Source: Paraspadella gotoi
Taxonomy: Eukaryota; Animalia; Chaetognatha
Length of the DNA stretch: 64,000 nt
Assembly: GCA_051294375.1 (NCBI GenBank)
Contig: CM119266.1
Coordinates: 20,624,780-20,688,779, forward strand
Direction: 5' to 3'
Shown: positions 1 through 30,618 of the stretch, one piece after another
Numbering within the stretch: the first letter of the stretch is position 1
How the letters are laid out: the number at the start of each line of letters is the position of its first letter
Made by a program: the position numbers and the translations under genes
Notes under the pieces: model-generated
Told to the model about the DNA's origin: nothing
Seen by the model: only the letters and a program-made list of their open reading frames with translations
Database searches by the model: none

Positions 1-1535
1 TTTCGTCACACCCAGTTCACCACTTGCTTTTTAACGGCTTTTTTAAATGCTATTAAAATTAATCAATAGATATTCGGAGATCTTTAAGTTTCTACTTTTT
101 TTGTAATCGCTGGCTCTACTGGACCTTGCTGTGAGAGAAGCAACCTTATTGCACTATTTTGGCTTCAGAGGAGTTTTGAAGTTTGTCTGTCATCGCGAGC
201 AACCGATTTAGAACCAATGGTTAGTCCATCTGATCTCAAGTGTTGGTTTCTGTCAAATGCAGAAATATTGGGGAACGAAAGTCATTCAGTGAAGTGTTTA
301 AGCGACGCCGTCTGTCTCTGTATGTCTCTTTGTCTGTGTCTCTGTCTGTCTCTATCTCTCCATCTGCCTCAACCATTTTCTTTTTCTATTTTCATTTCTT
401 CGCTTCTTTCTTGCACGTATTACGCCGCCCAAAAACGCTCTTTGAGAACCGGCCATAAGGGGATAGTTTTTTCAGCACTTATTTTTTAATTACAAAGAGA
501 GAGAGAGAATGTAAAAGAAAGAGAGAAAGAAAAATAGAGAGAGAGAGACCGCGACTAAATTCCTATCGCTTGCTAAAAAATCAGTCTTGCATTGAATTTT
601 TAGCCTAAGAATCAGTATAGGGGAAGGAATCTTGTACTACCTTAAAACAGCCTAAAAATTGCGCCTCTAAATGGTCTGAAATCGAGCGGCGTAATATCTC
701 CTTTCTTTCTTTCTTACTTCCTTTTTGTCCTTTCTTTCTTATTTCATTTTTTCCTTTCTTTCTTATTTCATTTTCCCTCTTTCTTCCTTCTTTTTCTCCC
801 TCTCTTTTTACTTTCTTCAATGTGACCTCACTTTCGTTTTAATCGCTTTTCCTTTTGCGCCTTCTTATTTCTCGACAGACATCGCGTGTCAAGGATTTTA
901 TTGGCAGATGACGGCGACCGATGGGAAAACGTTAATTAGCGTTTATACGATTATAAACTTTTCTCCCGGATGTAATAGAAAAATTATTAGAGATGCAGCG
1001 ACCCGCTGCTGCGGCGCCGCGAGCCCTGCAGCTCGTTCCAGCTTTTCCCCGCGTGGAGACCATCACCGACCCTTCCTCATTCCGCCTCCTCTGTGGTCGA
1101 GACGATAAATAAAAATCTTTATCCTCAAATGTAAAACGACATTAAGAACTGAAAGGAAAATCGCCCGTCGNNNNNNNNNNNNNNNNNNNNNNNNNGAGGA
1201 GAAGAAAAAAGGGGCGTGATGGAGAAGAGAGAGAGAGAGAAGGAGAGAGAGAAGAGAGAGAGAGAGAGAGGGAGAGAGAGGAGAGATGAAGAGTGGAAGA
1301 GAATCGAAAAGAGTGAAAGAGAGATGACTCCAAAATATTTTGTTCACTAACCGCCCGTCGATTCAAGGGGACAGTTTTCGAATGGAATCTTTTTCTATGG
1401 AATTTTTTTCTCTCTTTTTTTTTGGGGGGGTGGGAAGGAGAATGTTTTAGACGTCGTGAGGATTGATGGTGGGGGGCGGGGGAGAAGGGGGGCAGACTTC
1501 ACTTTGCCGGTTTCGAGTCTGGCCGCAGATCGCAG

Positions 1536-19190
<17,655 letters not shown>

Positions 19191-19975
19191 CGGTGATGCT
19201 TACGGTTTCATCTACTCTCTCCTTTATTTCTTGATATTCCCTTTTTTTTATAATATTCCTTATCTTTCTTTTATAGCCTTTATCATTTCTTTATCTTTTA
19301 ATATCATCTTTTTTTTCTTCTTTTCTTCTTTTCCTCTCCTTTTCTTTCCTCCTTTTCCAGTTCATTCCTTCCTCTCATAAAACGCCTCAGTCGCTTCGCC
19401 GAAATAACGAGCAACCAAATGAAATCGGGAATGTGGGCGTGGCGCTGGGAATGACGATCGAGATCGTTGCCGCTTTGGGAGAAAGTTTTGCCAATTGAAC
19501 GTGGACTTTGTTCTCATAAGTCGAAGAATATGGAAAGTCGTGTTCATTAGTTGTTGAACGCCAGACCACAGTATTGCTTCGTCGCCCTTTCTTGGATAAT
19601 CTTACTTTATATTACGTATAAACAGACGCTCGTCGTTTATAAAAGTCTTCTGTGCATCTTTATAATTTTTCTTTCCATTTTTATCCCCCGCCATTTAGAT
19701 TTTTTTTTTTTCGAAAAAGTTGAAAGGAAATTAATTTTTAAAAAGAAATATTAAAGAAGACTCACCACTCACCATTCACCTGTCACCAGTCACCAGGCGA
19801 TGAAGTCCTTTTTTTTACTTAAGTCTTTATCTTTTATCATTCAGGGCCGTTGCTTTCATCTCACGAGGTTGAGTAGACATAAAATTAACCTGAAACGCTT
19901 AATTCACTCTCGCATCTGTCTCAGTCCTTTTCTAGACGTATTTTCTCCCTCTGTTGTGCTGTTTATCTGCTCGGT

Positions 19976-20026
<51 letters not shown>

Positions 20027-20117
20027 TCTTTTCTCGCTCGCTCAACGAGTTAATTGTTTTCGTGCGGGGTGAGCGGAAGAAAAAAAACTTGAGACAGGAA
20101 GAGAGAGAAGAGAGAGA

Positions 20118-20183
<66 letters not shown>

Positions 20184-21229
20184 GGGGAGAGATGAGAAAG
20201 AAGAGAGAGAGAGAGAGAGAGAAAGAGAGATTATCGATAACCAGGATCGAATTAGCACTAGCTTCAAGCCCAAAAAGCCCAATCTCCAACAGCCCATAGG
20301 TCATTTTAAATGAGTCATCAGTCGTAATCAGCCGACAGAGAAAATCCTTATAACCCTAATAAAGCCCAGGTGGGAGATTGTCAGCCTATTCTTCCCATAA
20401 ACTCGACTTCAAAGTCTAAAAATATTCTTAATTGAAAATAAACGCCTCGGCTTCGCTCCCTGACGAAGAAAAAATTATCCTTATTAAAAAAAAATAAAAA
20501 AAAAACAAACAAGAAACTAACTAAATCTTTTTTTTTCTTTCATTCTCCCTCTGTAACGGGGAAAGGGGGAGATTTGTTTTATAAAGAGTAAGTTCTTAGT
20601 TTCATTTCATCAACTCATAAAACGAGAGCCATCTGGTGCGACGATTAAGTGTTGTTGTTTTCGCGAGGGACCTGGGAGGGGAGGAGGAGGAGGAGGAGGA
20701 GGAGGAGGAGGAGGAAGTGACAAGGACGAAGGGGTAGGCAGGACGAGTAAGGGAGAACGAAAGGCGAGGACAAAGGAGGAAGATGAGGAAAAATGGAAGA
20801 AAAGGAAAGAAAAGAAAATGAGAAGTAAAAAAAAAAAAAAGGAAAGAAAAACCTAAATATAGAAAGGGAAAAAAAATTGTCTAAATGGAAAAAACGGAGA
20901 GCGAGTCGAGGAAAAGGAAAGAAAATGATATAAAGGGAGGAAGAGGGGAAGGTTCTACCTTCTATGAATTAAGGTTTTAGTTCTCTGAAATACTGTTGAC
21001 GATCTGTCGGACCCGCGGAGCCACACGATTGTTTTCCGTCTCGGCGCCGAACGACGAAAATTTAACTGAGGTCGATGACGACGATGGCGACGACGATGAC
21101 GACGAAGGCGACGGTGAAAATTTTGGAATCTCATTTAGTTTTCTGGGATAATCGTTTTGTGAAACGAGTTGTTGGCAAGGTGGACCGGGAGAAAGCTTGT
21201 CACGATCATGAGGTAATATGAGGTGAAGA

Positions 21230-21274
21230 AAATGAAAGAAAGAAAAGAAATAAAGAAATAAAAGAAATAAATGA

Positions 21275-21346
<72 letters not shown>

Positions 21347-21690
21347 GAGCCAAGAAAAAAATTTAAAAAATAAAACAAAGAAAGATCAAAAAAGAGAAAA
21401 GAAAAAAGAAAAAAAAGGAAACAAAGAGAAAAGGAAAAAAAAGGAAAGAGAAAGAGAAAGAGAAAAGGAAAAAAATAAAGAAAAAGGAAAAAAGGAAAGA
21501 AAGAGAAAAGGAAAAAAAAGAAATAAAAAAGAAAGAAAGAGAAAAGGAAAAAAGGAAAGAAAGAGAAAAGGAAAAAAAGAAAAGAGAAAAGGAAAGTAAA
21601 GAAAGAAAGAGAAAAGGAAAAAAGGAAAAAAAGAGAAAAGGAAAAAAGGAAAGAAATAGAAAAGGAAAAAAAGAAAAGAGAAAGAAACGA
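21230..21690. repeat. Polypurine tract: (GAAA)n followed by ~24-bp A/G minisatellite-like units
   Basis: About 450 bp almost free of pyrimidines on the plus strand. Confidence 0.85.
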
Positions 21691-22423
21691 AGCGTGAAAT
21701 CATAAACAGTCGAATCTTAAGCAGAAAAAAAAACCTTCGGGACGAAAACTGGGAAATCGAGAGGGAAATAAATTCTCGGGGGAAAAAGATTTTTTCTTTT
21801 TTTTTTTGGCGCGGGGTGGAAATTCTTGAGGGGAAAATGGAACGAAGAGGATAAAGCAAAACTCGAGACGAAAATCGCCTTTTGTCAAGATTTCTGTAAA
21901 AAAAAAAAAGAAGGGAGAGAAAAAACCCGAAACTTTTTCCGATGGATGTGAAATAAAATTTTTTTTTAAATTTAAACATGTTTGATTTTTATTTTTTTTC
22001 TTATCGGATCGGGTTGTTATTTCTTTGTATGGAAGCCTATGTAGATGAGTGTTGATCTTTCTCATAAGAACATCCCAGTTGACCAAAATGACCAGTGGTT
22101 TGAGCGAGACACGACGATGACCTCTAGTGTTGAGTATCTCAAAATATAATTCGAGGAAGAAGATGAAAAAAAAAAGGGAAACGCGAGGGAAAAAAAAGTT
22201 TCTTAGGGACGAAATGAATTCCACTTGGGGGAAATCTTAAAAAAGAGAAATGAAAAAATCTAATAAATGACACGAGATTCTGGATTCAATAAAATGAGAG
22301 GTAGAGAGAGAGAGAGGGGGAGAGAGAAAGCATAATGAAATTAAAGGAAAAAGATTGTAAATGGGAGAAAAAGAAAACAATGGCATTATTAAAGCAAGCT
22401 AATGAAAAGGGAAAAAACAAGGT

Positions 22424-22469
<46 letters not shown>

Positions 22470-23379
22470 GTGCGAAATGGGAAGGGAAGCGAGAGAGAGA
22501 AAGAGTCGGTTAATAAAGGAGACATTTTGATGGAAAAGGTGAGACGAAGTCCATCGTAAGAAGCGAATTGAGTCAAGAAGATTTAAATTCGCGTTTGAGG
22601 TTAAAAGGTGAAGGAGAAGAAAGAAGATAAAACAGGAAGGAAAAATGAAAGTATTAAAAAAAAATGATAACAAAAAATAAATATTTTAAAAAAAAAGATA
22701 AGATTAAAAAGAAGAATCTAAAAAAAAGAAAATCGAAAAAAAAAAAACTAAAACAAAAGGAAAAAAGAAAAAAAGAAAAAGAAAAAAAAAGTAGAATCGA
22801 AAGGAGGATATGGAGATTAGAAGAGATTAATATAAAAACGGGGAAGGCGCACCTAGATTCTCTTTCCCATCAAAGAGGGGGGGGATGGCCAGGAGGGGAG
22901 GAGGAGGGAAAGGGGCGTGGAGCGGGTAGGTGGCGCTCAATATTCCGCTCGGCCTCATCTCCAACCTTACCCAACCGCCACATTTTTCCTCGCCCCTTTT
23001 AATCTCTTCCTTTTCCGTCTCCCAGTATTTTTTTCCTTTTTTTTTTTATTCTCGCGGATTTTCGTGTCCTTTTTACTCTCTGAAGTTTTATCAATCTCCT
23101 TTTTTAAAAAAAAAGGGAAATTACTTCCGGGATTTCCGTCGCTCGATTTTTATCTTTCGTATCACATGATTCTTTCTCTTGATTGATTTTTTTTCAATAT
23201 ATATAATTTATATCTTATTTATTTAACATTTCTCATCTTAATTGAATCGTCTGTAGTTCGTTGGTTTCTTTTAATCTTTTGTACCCTTTTTTTATTTTCA
23301 TATTTTTTTTTCCATTTACTCAACGGAGGTGAACGTTCCTCAAGTCTCTTTATCTACTAATCTGTGAAACCATCACGTC

Positions 23380-23930
23380 TTTCAGTTGCAACATTCTATC
23401 ACCCACTTCTAACATTCCATCACTGCGCTTCATTTTTGCACCCATCACTTTTTCCAGTTCCACCATTCCATCACTGCACTTTATTTTTGCACCCATCACT
23501 TTTTCCAGTTCCAATATTCTATCACCTTACTTCATTTTTGCACCCATCACTTTTTCCAGTTCCAACATTCCATTACCACGCTTCTTTTTTGTACCCATCA
23601 CTTTTTCCAGTTCCAACATTCTATCATCCCACTTCATTTTTGCACCCATCACTTTTTCCAGTTCCAATATTATATCCCTTACTTCATTTTTGCACCCATC
23701 ACTTTTTCCAGTTCCAACATTCCATCACACGTTTTTTTTGTACCGCATCACTTTTTTTCCAGTTCCAAATTCTATCATCCCACTTCACATTTTGCACCCA
23801 TCACTTTTTCCAGTTCCAACATTCATCACCACGCTTCTTTTTTGACCCATCACTTTTTCCAGTTCCACATTCTATCACCACGCTTCTTTTTTATACCCAT
23901 AATTTTTTTCCAGCTCGTCCAACATCTATC
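23380..23930. repeat. 51-bp minisatellite, about 10 copies
   Basis: cacccatcactttttccagttcc recurs at 23439, 23490, 23541 and onward (period 51). Confidence 0.9.
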
Positions 23931-24821
23931 AACCGCTTCTTTTGGTACTCCTAATTTTTCCAGGTCAACAGAACATTCTACCCACCCGCTCTATTTTTTG
24001 CCCCATTCCAACTTTTCCGGTCCTCTAATATTTACTCCCAAAGTTTCAAACCGCGCCCGCGCCCCCCCTTACTCCTTCTCTGTCTTTTCTTCTTTCCCGG
24101 CATTGTCCTACAAAATTAAAAAAATCTGGAAAAGGTGGGAAAGGAAGTTGAACAAGAAGAATATTGAGAGAAATCTCGGAAAAAAAGGACTCTATTCCTC
24201 TCTCTCTCTCTCTCTCCTCTCTTCTCTTCTCCCTCCCGCTCTCGACCTCTCTCTCTCTCTCTCTCATCTCTCTCTCATCTCTGCTTTTCTCTCCAACACA
24301 CTTTTTTCTGATCTTTTTTCTTCTCTATATTTCATTTTTCTCCTTACCTCTCTCATATGACTTATTTCACAGTTAAATTCATTTTAAAATTGGAAAAAAT
24401 ACCAGAAAGTTAGAATTTTGGCAAAATAATTTTAAAAGGTAAAAAAAAAAATAAAAAATTTCAAATATTTTCGATATCGTCATGTCACATTCGACTCATA
24501 TATAAAAAAACTAAAATATATTTTTAAGAGGAAAGTTTGTTTGTTTATTTCTTCTTTTTTTTGTCATGGCGGAGACAGGGGATTGGTCCAATAATAAATA
24601 ATAAGATAAATAATGCAATTAAAGATTCGCCCGTAACGAGTCCTTGCTTGGACCGACGATGAAAAGTTCCTGAGAAGTAAAAAAATTAATACATAAGTTT
24701 AAAAGTTTTAGATATTTCTCAAATGAAGAAACGAATAAATCAATCAACTAATAAAAAAGTAATATAATGCAAGTGATTTTAAAATAATGAAATGAAAGAT
24801 TGCAGGGACCTGTTTTGTAAG

Positions 24822-24915
24822 TGTGATGGAGGCCTTAAATCACCAAAGCCTGTCCAAAGTGAAGAACAGGATAGCTTATTAATTAAATATTTTTTTATTG
24901 GTTGTACCAATTTCA
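24822..24915 (+). mobile_element. 94-bp dispersed TG..CA repeat (solo-LTR/MITE-like), TSD TAAG
   Basis: taag|TGTGATGGAGGCCTTAAATCACCAAAGCCTGTCCAAAGTG...GTACCAATTTCA|taag; homologues at ~27343-27437 (+) and ~40769-40870 (-). Confidence 0.65.
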
Positions 24916-26522
24916 TAAGTAAAACGCAAGGCTCGAAAGAAAAGAAAGAAAAGAAATAGCTCAGTAAAAAGAAAATCGTCGCTTTTGGCAAATGAAATAA
25001 TGAAACTAAAATTTTAATCCAATCTAATGACGTATTGTGAATTAAAATACATATCCATTATAACTGATCAAAGGAAAAAAAGACAATTAAAAAAAAAAAC
25101 ATTTCAAAATGGATGTTCTCCACCGCGATAAACGACTCGGAGATTTTCAATTAAAAGATTAAACCGTAACCTATAATCACGGGGAGTCGGAATGGGCAGA
25201 GAGATGAGAGAGAGAGGAGAAAGAAAGGAGATGAAAGAGAGAGAGAGAAAGAATAAGCCAGGTGCGTACTAAGTTGACGACGAATGAGCACTTAAGAGAA
25301 CCAGATGGGGGCCTCGATGAGATCCTGGATATGACCAATGAGGATGAGGAAGAGAGGGAAAAGAGACGAGGAGCAGGGAGAGGAAGCGGGGGACATCGTG
25401 GGCGTGATAGTGATGACTTGGGAGAGAGGAGATGTACGGAGAGCTGAGAGATGAGAGAGATCCACGATCCGCTCCACCCTTTTAAATCTTGATAAATCGA
25501 AATTTCATTCAAAGTCGGAGGAATTAAAATTCAAAGGCGACGAAAAAAATTAAAAAATCCATTTTAAAAAATTAAATTATTCACTGACGATGAAAACTGC
25601 ATCATGACGGGCGGCCATTAATAAAATAATGCGAAAAAGAAAAATCGGAGGAATATAAGATTAAAGCTTAATCTTTTATTTAAAGAAAAAAAAAAGGAGA
25701 GATAGACGGGCGCTTTAAATGTTTACCCTCCGAGCCAAGATGGCGGTTGGTTTTATTTCTAGTGGAAAAGTAAACTTTCGTAACAAAATGAAATCCCAAT
25801 ATTCAAACATAAGTAATTTTGTGGACAAAGAGAAACATAAATCTCTCTCACTTTCTTTCTCCCTCTCTCATCTGTCTCTCTCTCTGTCCCACCCTCTCTC
25901 CCTCCTCTATAACTCCGTCAATTGGGAGGAATTGTGACGAGGCGCTTCGGTTAATGTGGTCATCAAGATCCGATATTCTCCCTCTTCCCCTCGGGCTTCA
26001 ACCACCTGCATCGTCCGTCCGCGGTCAGTGCCCCCTTCTTCACCAGTTACATCCGGGTTTTTCTCTTTCCCAAATCGATCCGGGGATCTCGAGCCCGAAT
26101 CCGCGAGATTTACGCCGAACACATTTTTTTGGGGGGGATATTCGGAATTTCTTTTGGGAAGACGAAAAAGAGGGACAAAGAAAATCCATTCTTCCTCAGA
26201 CTCGAGTCGCTTCGATCCCCTGCCTCATCTTTTTTGCTTAAAATTTCAAAACTGACATCAAACTTAATTTCCAATTCTTACAACCAGGGAATAGAATTAA
26301 ATACATCGTCGGCTTAACATATAAAGTTACATCACCTTCGACCCCCCCCCCTTCCATAGGCCATTCCTCACCAACTGCCATCCATTGCCATCTGCAATCC
26401 TTTGCCATCTGCTTGCTTTGCCTCCAACTCGGCATCCATCTATGATTAATGTTCCCAGGAATTTGAAGGTGCAGTTGGGAGTCAAAGGATCAGAAGGTCG
26501 ATTTATAGGATTGATAGCCAAC

Positions 26523-26554
<32 letters not shown>

Positions 26555-27342
26555 TTCTCTCTCTTCTATGTATTTTACTCTCCGTTAATCTCTCTTGCTT
26601 GATATTTGATTTTTGAATATTTGATTTTTGAAATTTCAGGGTAATTCTGTGTTATATTGTACTATTGTAACCACGCCGTACCAGTCTTGGTTTAACAACA
26701 AATGGTAAATACTTTGAATTTTTCCAACATAAATAATGAACCACTCCAGAAAAAAAAACAACTCTGGTTTATCGAGAAGAATCTAAAAGTGGACAGTACA
26801 ATTAAACCTCATCTATCTCGAACATTCATGATGACTCTCTGAGTACGATAGATTTTTGACCGCGTCTAACATTCAACTTTCGTCCAAACTGTTTTTTCTC
26901 CTCACGTTCGAAAAAAAAGGGGAAAAAAAAGAAAAATCAGTTTTAAGTCGAATAAAAAAAAAAAGTTTTGAGACAAAACAATTTTTATTTTCTTTCCGTT
27001 CGTCGACCGCCTTCTAGTAAGATTCGGCGCAAAAATTCAAAAACATACCGCGGAAAAAAAAACCCCGCGGAATATAAAAAGAGGGAAAACAAAGAACAAA
27101 ACAAAAGCCTAATCTTTTCGGGACCCAGCTCTCGCCCCGTGGCGGGACCGATACCGCGCCCCCTATTCGAGTGTCCCGACAACCCATTTCCCGCAAGGTC
27201 GAGAATATTGGAGATGGGTAGGGATTCCGACGTGTTCACTTTTCTATCATATTTATAACAAGCATATGCTTGCAGCTTGCGGATATTTTTAACAAACAAA
27301 TGTATGCAGCAGGGTCCTGCAATGTTTGTATCATTTATCTCG

Positions 27343-27437
27343 TGTGAGAGGCCTTAAACCACCAAATCCTGTCCAAAGTCAGGGGCAAGATAACTTATTC
27401 ATTAAATGAATTTTTTGGATTGGTTGTCCCAATTTAA
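27343..27437 (+). mobile_element. Copy of the 94-bp TG..CA dispersed repeat
   Basis: Core GAGGCCTTAAACCACCAAATCCTGTCCAAAGTCAGGGGCAAGAT shared with 24822-24915 and 40769-40870. Confidence 0.6.
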
Positions 27438-27685
27438 TATAAACGTAAAATTTAAGCGCCTCCATCCAAAAATCTACATCATCTACAAAACCGTTGAATC
27501 ATTTCCACCTGTTTACCTCCCTCCCTCCCCAAAGACGGAGTTTTCGCCAAACGGTCGACCGGCTGAAAATTCCCAGCGTCGCGATTTTGTTTACAAGATC
27601 CTCGATCGAATCCTTTTTTGTTTATTGTTTGTTTATTGTTTGGGTTATTAGGAGAAACCAGAACGCATCAGAGAGCGCGGGAAGG

Positions 27686-27724
<39 letters not shown>

Positions 27725-28048
27725 GAAGAAGAAGGGGACAATGGGACCAAGAATTGCGAAAACATCGAACAATGAAAAAAACAAACGTCGCATCATGGCG
27801 ACTCTTAGATTTTTTTTTCTTCTTCCGCAACGACAGATGCAGATGAAGCAGATGCATAAAAATACTGAGACGAAGATGCGGAAAATAAGGAACGAGCGAT
27901 TAGTGAAAAGAAAAGAAGAAAAAATGGTGGAGGTGTCGATTGTGAATCTCTCTCTCTCTCTCTAATCCAGTAAAAACAAAGTCGTTTCCATTTCATCCAT
28001 TTTACCATTTAACTGGAAGCCGAAAGGGAAGCGAGTCTCGGCCGGGAA

Positions 28049-28066
28049 TTCGCGCCAACCGGAAGT
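28049..28066 (+). promoter_or_regulatory. Adjacent E2F-like (TTCGCGCC) and ETS-like (ACCGGAAGT) motifs; possible core promoter
   Basis: Motif matches in a short GC-rich patch; no associated gene identified. Confidence 0.25.
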
Positions 28067-28141
28067 TAACTCAAGATGTTTTCGAATTTTTCTCTTCCCA
28101 CAGAGCGAAGAGAAAGAGAGCGAGAGAGCGAGAGGGCGAGA

Positions 28142-28194
<53 letters not shown>

Positions 28195-28916
28195 AGAGGA
28201 GAGAGAGAGAGAGAGAGAGTCGGTCGATGATTGAGAAAGTATCGACTTTTGAAATCCAATCCGAAGCGGTTGTCGTTTAACCGAATCAATCATGGTTCTT
28301 TTGAATTTAAATTTTTTGAAAAAAATTCAATTTCGATTCTCGTTCCCGTCGAAAGAAAAAAAAATTCTTTGGAAAGAGGGGGGGAATGTAGTGGGGGGGA
28401 GGGGGGGCGGTTGCCCAAATTAGATTCGTTCGGATCGAAGATTTAGAAACAAATTTGGGTGCAGAGAATTTTTATTCATTAAGTTTCTGGAGTCTGGACC
28501 CTGATGGGGGAAATCAAAAAGAAAATTCGCCTTTTTTTTCGGGAAAAAAGAAAGGTCCAATCAATAAATTTAATTTTTAAACTTTAAACTGGACTCATGA
28601 TCCAAAATATTGACAGGCTTCCCCTCCAAAAAAAAAATTATAAATTTATCCGACGTCTTAAAATATTTTTCCTTCTGAATTCCATTTCCCACCAGGCGAT
28701 TAATTTTCCGCCTTCGAGAAAAGTCGTTAAGGCCCGGAATCAAACATCATAAAATGAGCAAGAAATTAGGTTCCAAAGTTTCTAAGATGTCACTGCTCTG
28801 CCAACTTCTAAGGGTTAAAAATTTAGATGGTGGGGGAGGTTTTAAATGAGAGCGTTTGAACTGTGAGAAACTTGGTTACTTTTATTACTGAGAAAAAAAA
28901 CGTTGAGACAAACATA

Positions 28917-29047
<131 letters not shown>

Positions 29048-29525
29048 GGGGTCATTTCCGATGTTTTCCATTACGACCAAGCGGTTGGCGTTGAAAGAAT
29101 AGTATATCCGCCGTCGATATATTTAGGAACATCGTTGCCAGCCTTTATGCCATATTAATAGTATAAAAAAGAAAAAAAGTAATTTTCCTAATACATTAAA
29201 AAATAAAAATTGAGAAGAGAGTTATCTCCGTCAGTTAAATACTCGAATTCTGTTTATTAGTGTTAGGGATATTGTATATTGTATTGTATAAACTATAATT
29301 GTGATCTTATTCATATTTTTCCCCGTTTTTGCTCGACCTTCCGATTTTCTCATTTCTTTTTGTCATTGAGTTTTTTTTTCTTTCCTTTTCCCTCTTCGGC
29401 TCCCTTCTCTTTTCCTTGGAACTAATTTCAAGGTGTGAAAAGTCCGACAAACTTTTGGGAGAGAAAGACTAATGGAAAATGCAGCGAGAGATGAAGAAGA
29501 GAAGAGAGAGAGAGAGAGGAGAGAG

Positions 29526-29580
<55 letters not shown>

Positions 29581-30091
29581 GAGAGACTGAGAGAGAGAGA
29601 GAGGAAGAGGAAAAAGAGAGAGAGACGGTGGGAGTGAGAAAAAGAGAGTTCAGTTCGAACCATTTTCATATTTTCATTATACATTATACATACAATATAC
29701 AATTCCAACATTTTTTTATAAAGATATTCATGATAAGCTAAATTACCCATACCTCCTTCCGTCTCCATGTAACCTTTTTTCTCTCAAGGCATTGTACCTT
29801 TGATATATTAATGCCTTTTCGATAGACTGAACGTCGCCGAACCGTCAAATATCTTTTGTTTAATTCTATGCCAGTCCGCTGGAATTACAGCGCGCTACTC
29901 GCCATCGCTAAATCTAAAAAAAAAAACAAAATACGTAATTAATGTCATAAAACGCATCCCTTAAAAACTAATATTATTTTAATTGACAATAATCAATAAA
30001 CAGTTACGAATTCTACATACAATTTCACTGAGAAGTATTTAACTTTCTGATCCTATGAAAATGTTTTCCCTCAAAAGGTAACAATTAATTT

Positions 30092-30618
30092 TTAAACCAC
30101 GAAAGCATCGTCTTCTGGCTCGCCGACCTCCTCCTCCTCCTCCTCATCCGCGATCTTAACTTTAACCTCATCCTCGATCTCAAGGATCGAATCGCTCTCG
30201 CTCTCATCCGATCGATAGGACTCCTTAACAGAGGCCTCCGTCTCGAGGGCGGAGATGAACTTTTTGTGAGCTCGTTGGAGGATGGCCACGATGTGGTCGA
30301 GCATCTCCTGGTCGGGCATGAGGATGGTCCTAGGCGGAACGCGGGCTTCCTTTTCTTCGGGTACGATCGTCTCGAAGCGAATGCCGCGCGGATTCTTAAA
30401 GGGCGGCTTTTCCAGGTCGCTCCAGCGGATCGCCCACTCGCTCTCTACGAAGCCAAAGATGTCGCCGCGGCTGAGCAGCAAAGAGCGGCGGTCGGTGACC
30501 AGCAGCGTCGGGCCTTCGTGACCCTGGTTGTTCATGAGGCGACAGTGAAAGACGTAGTCGTCGGTTTTAACGTAGCGGCCAAAGTCAGCCTCGTTTAGGA
30601 GCCAGTAACCCTCCGATT
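30092..30618 (-). CDS. VPS13: VPS13 terminal exon: C-terminal PH-like domain plus acidic tail
   Basis: Acceptor ttccag, then ESEGYWLLNEADFGRYVKTDDYVFHCRL..LLVTDRRSLLLSRGDIFGFVESEWAIRWSDLEKPP, resembling the VPS13A C-terminus; stop at 30092-30094. Confidence 0.9.

Noticed and set aside
23380-23930. CRISPR-like regular repeats
   Set aside because: Head-to-tail minisatellite without unique spacers, in eukaryotic context with no cas genes.
25737-25746. YY1-like AAGATGGCGG motif (similar at ~1655)
   Set aside because: Single short motifs with no identifiable downstream gene; could occur by chance.
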